Virus record (IMG/VR): IMGVR_UViG_3300025736_000015
Strand: one strand, 5' to 3'
Source: an uncultured virus (IMG/VR IMGVR_UViG_3300025736_000015)
Lineage: Duplodnaviria; Heunggongvirae; Uroviricota; Caudoviricetes
Length of the DNA: 20,000 nucleotides
In this document: one piece after another, positions 16,536-20,000 of the stretch
Layout: each line of letters starts with the position of its first letter
Position numbering within the stretch: position 1 is the stretch's first letter
The notes under the pieces: generated by a model
Database searches by the model: none
What the model saw: only the letters and a program-made list of their open reading frames with translations
Told to the model about the DNA's origin: nothing
Translations under genes and position numbers: made by a program

Positions 16536-17972
16536 AGTGATGAACCATTACCAATTAATTATCAAACAAATCTTTATGATTTAGGAGATGGAAAATTTGC
16601 ACAAATGAGCCATTTAGGATTTATCAACTATTACAATGGTTCAGATTTTGTTCCGATAAATACAACAATAATTCCTTCTTTGAATCCACTATATGATTAT
16701 GAAGTTACCAAAGGAGTTTACCAAACCTTTTTTAAAGAAAATCCAACAGAAGGACAAGCTATTAAATTTATGATTGGCTCTGAATATATAACTTATCAAC
16801 CTATGGCATTGAACTATAGGAATGATTTGAGTCAATTACAACAAATATCAATGATAAATAGTGTTCAAGGAATCCCAAACGATAACACATTCTTATATAA
16901 AGATGGTTATGGTAGTGGAATAGATTTGCAGTATTCCTACGGTAATGATTATTTGAAAGAGGATTTAATTATAAACTCGTTTTCTGATTTAGTTAGTCCA
17001 GAGCAATATATTATAGATGGCGGTAACGCAACATTGGATTTAGGTTTTATATTGACTACAAACTCAAATAAGATAATTATTGATGATGTCGAATGGGATA
17101 AAAAAAATACAAAGGAAACATCAGATGAGGTTTATATAACAGATGAATACAATAATGTTCTCTATTATCTTAGAAAACCATATGCATATGATTCAAATAA
17201 TTGTACACAGATATTAACATATCAATTTAGAAAAACTGGAAATTCGCTTTATGTTACAGTAAAAACACCTTATTCTTGGATTAGTAATACTTCAAGGGTA
17301 TTTCCTGTTTATATTGACCCCGATACAGGTGCAACAAGTCCAGGAACAATGGCAGATGATGATGCCGTCGGAACTCATGATTGGCTTGATGTAGATAATG
17401 CAAAAATAGATGATGCAAATGAGGCTTATTGTAATAATGGTGAGTTTTTCACTGTAATTTCACATTACTTAAAAGCCACTAATTTTGGGTTTTCTATATC
17501 TAGTGGCGCTACAATAGATGGGATAAAGGTTGAATGGAAGAAAAGAAGTGGTTCGCCTTATATAACAGATGAATATGTGCAACTAGTAGATAGTGATGGA
17601 AGTATTGTAACTGAAAACAAGGCAGATACAAGTACTAAGTGGTTATCTACAGATGGTGGGTATTATATAGCGTATGGTGCAGATGATGATTTATGGGGTG
17701 AAACATGGACTGATACAGATATTAATGATGCTGGTTTTGGTGCTGTAATCTCGGCAGATATAGAAATGTTTCAACGGGCTCAGATTTTTCATGTTAAGAT
17801 AACAGTCTATTATACAACAGGACCATCACCACCAACAGGACCAGGCTCAGGCATGGGAATGAGCATGGGACTCGGTTTCGGTGGACCAGATAGTGCATCA
17901 TTAACAGCTAAAGTACCACATCTAGACCCAGGATTAGGAATGCAACGGCATCCACGAAGTAGAGTACATTAA
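16533..17972 (+). CDS. Modular surface/virion protein (N-terminal beta domain ending FPVYIDP, acidic C-terminal domain, Pro linker and G/M-rich tail)
   Basis: GAAGTGA RBS; KEDLII, PYAYDS, FPVYIDP motifs like those in N-terminal regions of large extracellular proteins; GPSPPTGPG linker; no signal peptide. Confidence 0.8.
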   Translation: MSDEPLPINYQTNLYDLGDGKFAQMSHLGFINYYNGSDFVPINTTIIPSLNPLYDYEVTKGVYQTFFKENPTEGQAIKFMIGSEYITYQPMALNYRNDLSQLQQISMINSVQGIPNDNTFLYKDGYGSGIDLQYSYGNDYLKEDLIINSFSDLVSPEQYIIDGGNATLDLGFILTTNSNKIIIDDVEWDKKNTKETSDEVYITDEYNNVLYYLRKPYAYDSNNCTQILTYQFRKTGNSLYVTVKTPYSWISNTSRVFPVYIDPDTGATSPGTMADDDAVGTHDWLDVDNAKIDDANEAYCNNGEFFTVISHYLKATNFGFSISSGATIDGIKVEWKKRSGSPYITDEYVQLVDSDGSIVTENKADTSTKWLSTDGGYYIAYGADDDLWGETWTDTDINDAGFGAVISADIEMFQRAQIFHVKITVYYTTGPSPPTGPGSGMGMSMGLGFGGPDSASLTAKVPHLDPGLGMQRHPRSRVH

Positions 17973-18054
17973 TAACAATACCTTTTTATAATAAACAACC
18001 TGTTTGATAAAACGGAGACTAATCTTTTTAAACAACTAAAACATAGCATGTTGT

Positions 18055-18147
18055 ATGAATGATAAAATACTCTATGTTGTATCAGGCTTTATGCGAACTG
18101 GTACATCCATGATGATGAAAGCCCTTGAAACAGGTGGTTTAAAATGA
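18055..18147 (+). pseudogene. Truncated sulfotransferase N-terminus (30 aa, MNDKILYVVSGFMRTGTSMMMKALETGGLK)
   Basis: VSGxxRTGTSMMM matches the 5'-phosphosulfate-binding loop (G-x-x-R-S/T-G-T-S) of PAPS-dependent sulfotransferases; TTTTTAAA at 18025-18032 is 30 nt upstream; stops right after the first helix. Confidence 0.7.
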
Positions 18148-18317
18148 CTGCTGAAACTTTTATTTCATCCGACACTTGGGAATGTCCAGCAGGTGTAACC
18201 TCAGTTCAAGTTGAATCTTGGGCTGGTGGCAATGAAGACGATGAGGATGATGATGGCGGAGATTCTGGTTTTACTGATAATTCAGAGAACTTAGCAAAAG
18301 AGTGGAAAGTAGAGTAG
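18144..18317 (+). pseudogene. Truncated glycine-rich-domain protein (57 aa, MTAETFISSDTWECPAGVTSVQVESWAGG...)
   Basis: TF-x-SS-x-TW-x-CPAGVTSV-x-VE-x-W-x-GG is the typical opening of Gly-rich domains in phage/surface proteins; similarity ends after ~29 aa; ATGA overlap with the previous fragment. Confidence 0.65.
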
Positions 18318-18322
18318 CTTGC

Positions 18323-18359
18323 GTGACATACTTAGCTGTCACATGAAGTGATTAAAATG
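18323..18359 (+). repeat. Remnant 3' end (VTYLAVT*) of a fibre-gene homologue plus RBS and start codon
   Basis: Matches 16497-16535 (VSYLAVT*) with mostly synonymous differences. Confidence 0.85.
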
Positions 18360-19490
18360 CCAAATAGTAAAGACATACTAGATAATAGTAGCAACACACC
18401 TTTTACATATATTGAGTTTGTTAAACCACCAAATAGTTTTGGACTTAGTGATACTACATTTAAGGATGTAAATATTCCATTTTATAGAAAATGGCTTGAT
18501 GAACTCGTTACTTGGAAATGTGAAAAGTCTACAGATAATGTTCACTGGGTTAACACAGATAGTTGTCTTAACGTCAAAAAAGAATGGATTACAAAAACTA
18601 CATCCGAAGATGATATTAGAGAAGTTGAAAAACATACATTAACAATTACATCTAATGAAGAAGCATATTATAGAGTTTTACTTAGAACAGATAAAGAAAA
18701 ACAGCTTATTAGTTTTGTAGAAAAAGAAAACAAATATGAATTAAAATTTAAAGTTGGAGACGAAACAGAGTTTTATAACATCAATTATGATTGGGATGAT
18801 TTCAAAAGTAGTTCTGAGTATAACAAGGCTAGTATTAGTAAACAGGTAACATCTGATATTAGTAATAAGAAATCTTTGGAGTGGGATGTTTATACAACTG
18901 TAAAGGTTGGCAAGGGTGAGAAGTTTATAGTTGACCCTACATTTGGAAATATAGTAATAGAAACATATGGAACAGATAATATTGAGGATAATCCTTGTGG
19001 AACTAGATTTACCTGTGCAGGAAGTGGAACAGTCGATAATATCACAGCATATATAGTTGGTATTAATACCGTACCGGAACATTCTGGATGTAAGATAAAG
19101 TCGGCAATATATGATGAATCAAAAAATCTATTGGGTTCTTCTCAAGAAAAGGATGTTGGTTGGGGTGATAATGGATGGATTGAATTTACTTTTATAACTG
19201 GACCTTCAGTATCTAGTGAATCAAAATATTGGTTACTAACATGGGCTGATTCATTTTGTGAGATGCGTAAGAGTGATTGGAATGCAGGGTATATTACAAG
19301 AATGAATACTGGTTCTGGAGATGTATATGGTAATTGGCCAGAAACATGGTCTGGTGGAATTGAATATGATAATTATAGACATTCTATTTATTGCGACTAT
19401 TCAGAACCATCACCACCACCAACAGGCGAAGATATGACTATAACAGGAAATATGGGAATGACAGGAAACATAACATGTACAAAAGACTAA
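18357..19490 (+). CDS. Modular surface/virion protein (N-terminal domain ending FIVDP, C-terminal beta-sandwich-like domain, Pro linker and short tail)
   Basis: GAAGTGA RBS favours ATG 18357 over GTG 18348; VDPTFG, IKSAIYD, GWIEFTF, YWL, SIYCDY; EPSPPPTG linker. Confidence 0.8.
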   Translation: MPNSKDILDNSSNTPFTYIEFVKPPNSFGLSDTTFKDVNIPFYRKWLDELVTWKCEKSTDNVHWVNTDSCLNVKKEWITKTTSEDDIREVEKHTLTITSNEEAYYRVLLRTDKEKQLISFVEKENKYELKFKVGDETEFYNINYDWDDFKSSSEYNKASISKQVTSDISNKKSLEWDVYTTVKVGKGEKFIVDPTFGNIVIETYGTDNIEDNPCGTRFTCAGSGTVDNITAYIVGINTVPEHSGCKIKSAIYDESKNLLGSSQEKDVGWGDNGWIEFTFITGPSVSSESKYWLLTWADSFCEMRKSDWNAGYITRMNTGSGDVYGNWPETWSGGIEYDNYRHSIYCDYSEPSPPPTGEDMTITGNMGMTGNITCTKD

Positions 19491-19576
19491 AAAAACTAAG
19501 ATACATGAAATAATCTTTAAAACAAAACTATTTATAATAAACAAAACATTAACCTAAAAGAGATAGGAGGAGAGCA

Positions 19577-19632
19577 GAGGCATTTATCTTCTTACTTTGG
19601 TGAAGTGAAAAAATACTAAAGATAAATGCCTC
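19577..19632. repeat. Perfect 14-bp inverted repeat with 28-nt spacer (hairpin; candidate structured RNA)
   Basis: GAGGCATTTATCTT (19577-19590) and AAGATAAATGCCTC (19619-19632), between convergent genes. Confidence 0.85.
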
Positions 19633-19670
19633 ATATTCCCATTGTTGATATAGTAATACTTTTTATAAAC

Positions 19671-19859
19671 CTATCGATGTTTCTCAAGCAAAACATTTAA
19701 TTCTTCAGTATCTAGTTCTGCAAGGATACCCAGAGTTATTTTAAGAACTTCTTTAACCTGTCCAATATTTACTTCCACTTCTTTACCTTCTTTACTTGTT
19801 ATTTCTTCAGCTATCCATTGTTGACTAACACTTCCATCTTGATTATATTTATCAGCCAT
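19671..19859 (-). CDS. Small helical hypothetical protein (62 aa), weak resemblance to the HU N-terminal helices
   Basis: Strong GGAGGTGA SD at 19876-19869; TTTAAAT TATA-like near 19916-19923; IAEEITSKEGKEVEVNIGQVKEVLKITLGILAE. Confidence 0.8.
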   Translation of the reverse strand: MADKYNQDGSVSQQWIAEEITSKEGKEVEVNIGQVKEVLKITLGILAELDTEELNVLLEKHR

Positions 19860-19891
19860 ATCTTTCTTTCACCTCCTTTCCATTTTTGTGG

Positions 19892-19980
19892 TGTCAAAAT
19901 GACAATATAATTATGATTTAAATAGTTTTCCCAATTAGCAAGGTTTTTAAACAAAAAAGATATACATTGTCAACATGACA
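19892..19980. promoter_or_regulatory. Divergent archaeal-type promoter pair, each with a TGTCA-N3-TGACA motif
   Basis: Minus: TTTAAAT near 19916-19923, then motif 19892-19904; plus: TTTTTAAA at 19944-19951, then motif 19968-19980 overlapping ATG 19975. Confidence 0.7.
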
Positions 19981-20000
19981 GATGAAAAAGAATTAGAAAC
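19975..20000 (+). CDS. 5' end of a gene running off the window (MTDEKELE...)
   Basis: ATG 31 nt after the TATA-like box; frame open to the edge; only 8 codons visible. Confidence 0.5.

Noticed and set aside
18323..18342. GTGACA...TGTCAC palindrome as another operator copy
   Set aside because: Spacing and orientation differ from TGWCA-N3-TGWCA, and the sequence is explained as the duplicated VTYLAVT coding remnant
10279..19490. Possible diversity-generating retroelement acting on the adhesin-like genes
   Set aside because: No reverse transcriptase in the window and no repeat pair with adenine-specific mismatches was seen
19586..19636. 16-codon minus-strand ORF within the hairpin (MRHLSLVFFHFTKVRR) as a type I toxin
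   Set aside because: Too short to support, no clear RBS or TM helix; cannot be distinguished from chance
1..20000. tRNA, rRNA, integrase, transposase or capsid/terminase genes
   Set aside because: No matching motifs or structures recognised in this window

Overview
AT-rich window with archaeal-style expression signals (TTTATAA/TTTTTAAA TATA boxes about 26-31 nt ahead of start codons; GGAGG, GGAGGTGA and GAAGTGA ribosome-binding motifs). It looks like part of an archaeal virus or other extrachromosomal element, but no capsid, terminase, polymerase or integrase gene lies in the window, so that assignment is inference. Left half (1-9.6 kb): a glycan synthesis and modification module (GH1 glycosidase, NDP-sugar dehydrogenase, gmd, cupin, DegT aminotransferase, two methyltransferases, one fused to a GT-like domain, and a radical SAM enzyme) interspersed with small orphan ORFs, plus a tandem ribbon-helix-helix-like protein. 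Right half (9.7-19.5 kb): a probable structural/surface module with several small membrane proteins, a DUF2341-LamG protein, a ~1300-aa Ser-Gly repeat fibre-like protein and two modular proteins with Pro linkers. Most notable observations: (1) a TGWCA-N3-TGWCA motif just downstream of four TATA boxes, including that of the RHH-like gene (candidate regulon); (2) a 290-bp scar made of three gene fragments, including a diverged copy of the fibre gene's 3' end and RBS, pointing to cassette swapping of surface proteins; (3) a 14-bp-arm hairpin whose antisense strand is complementary to the RBS motifs of the structural genes; (4) the giant SG-repeat protein encoded beside its own glycosylation machinery.
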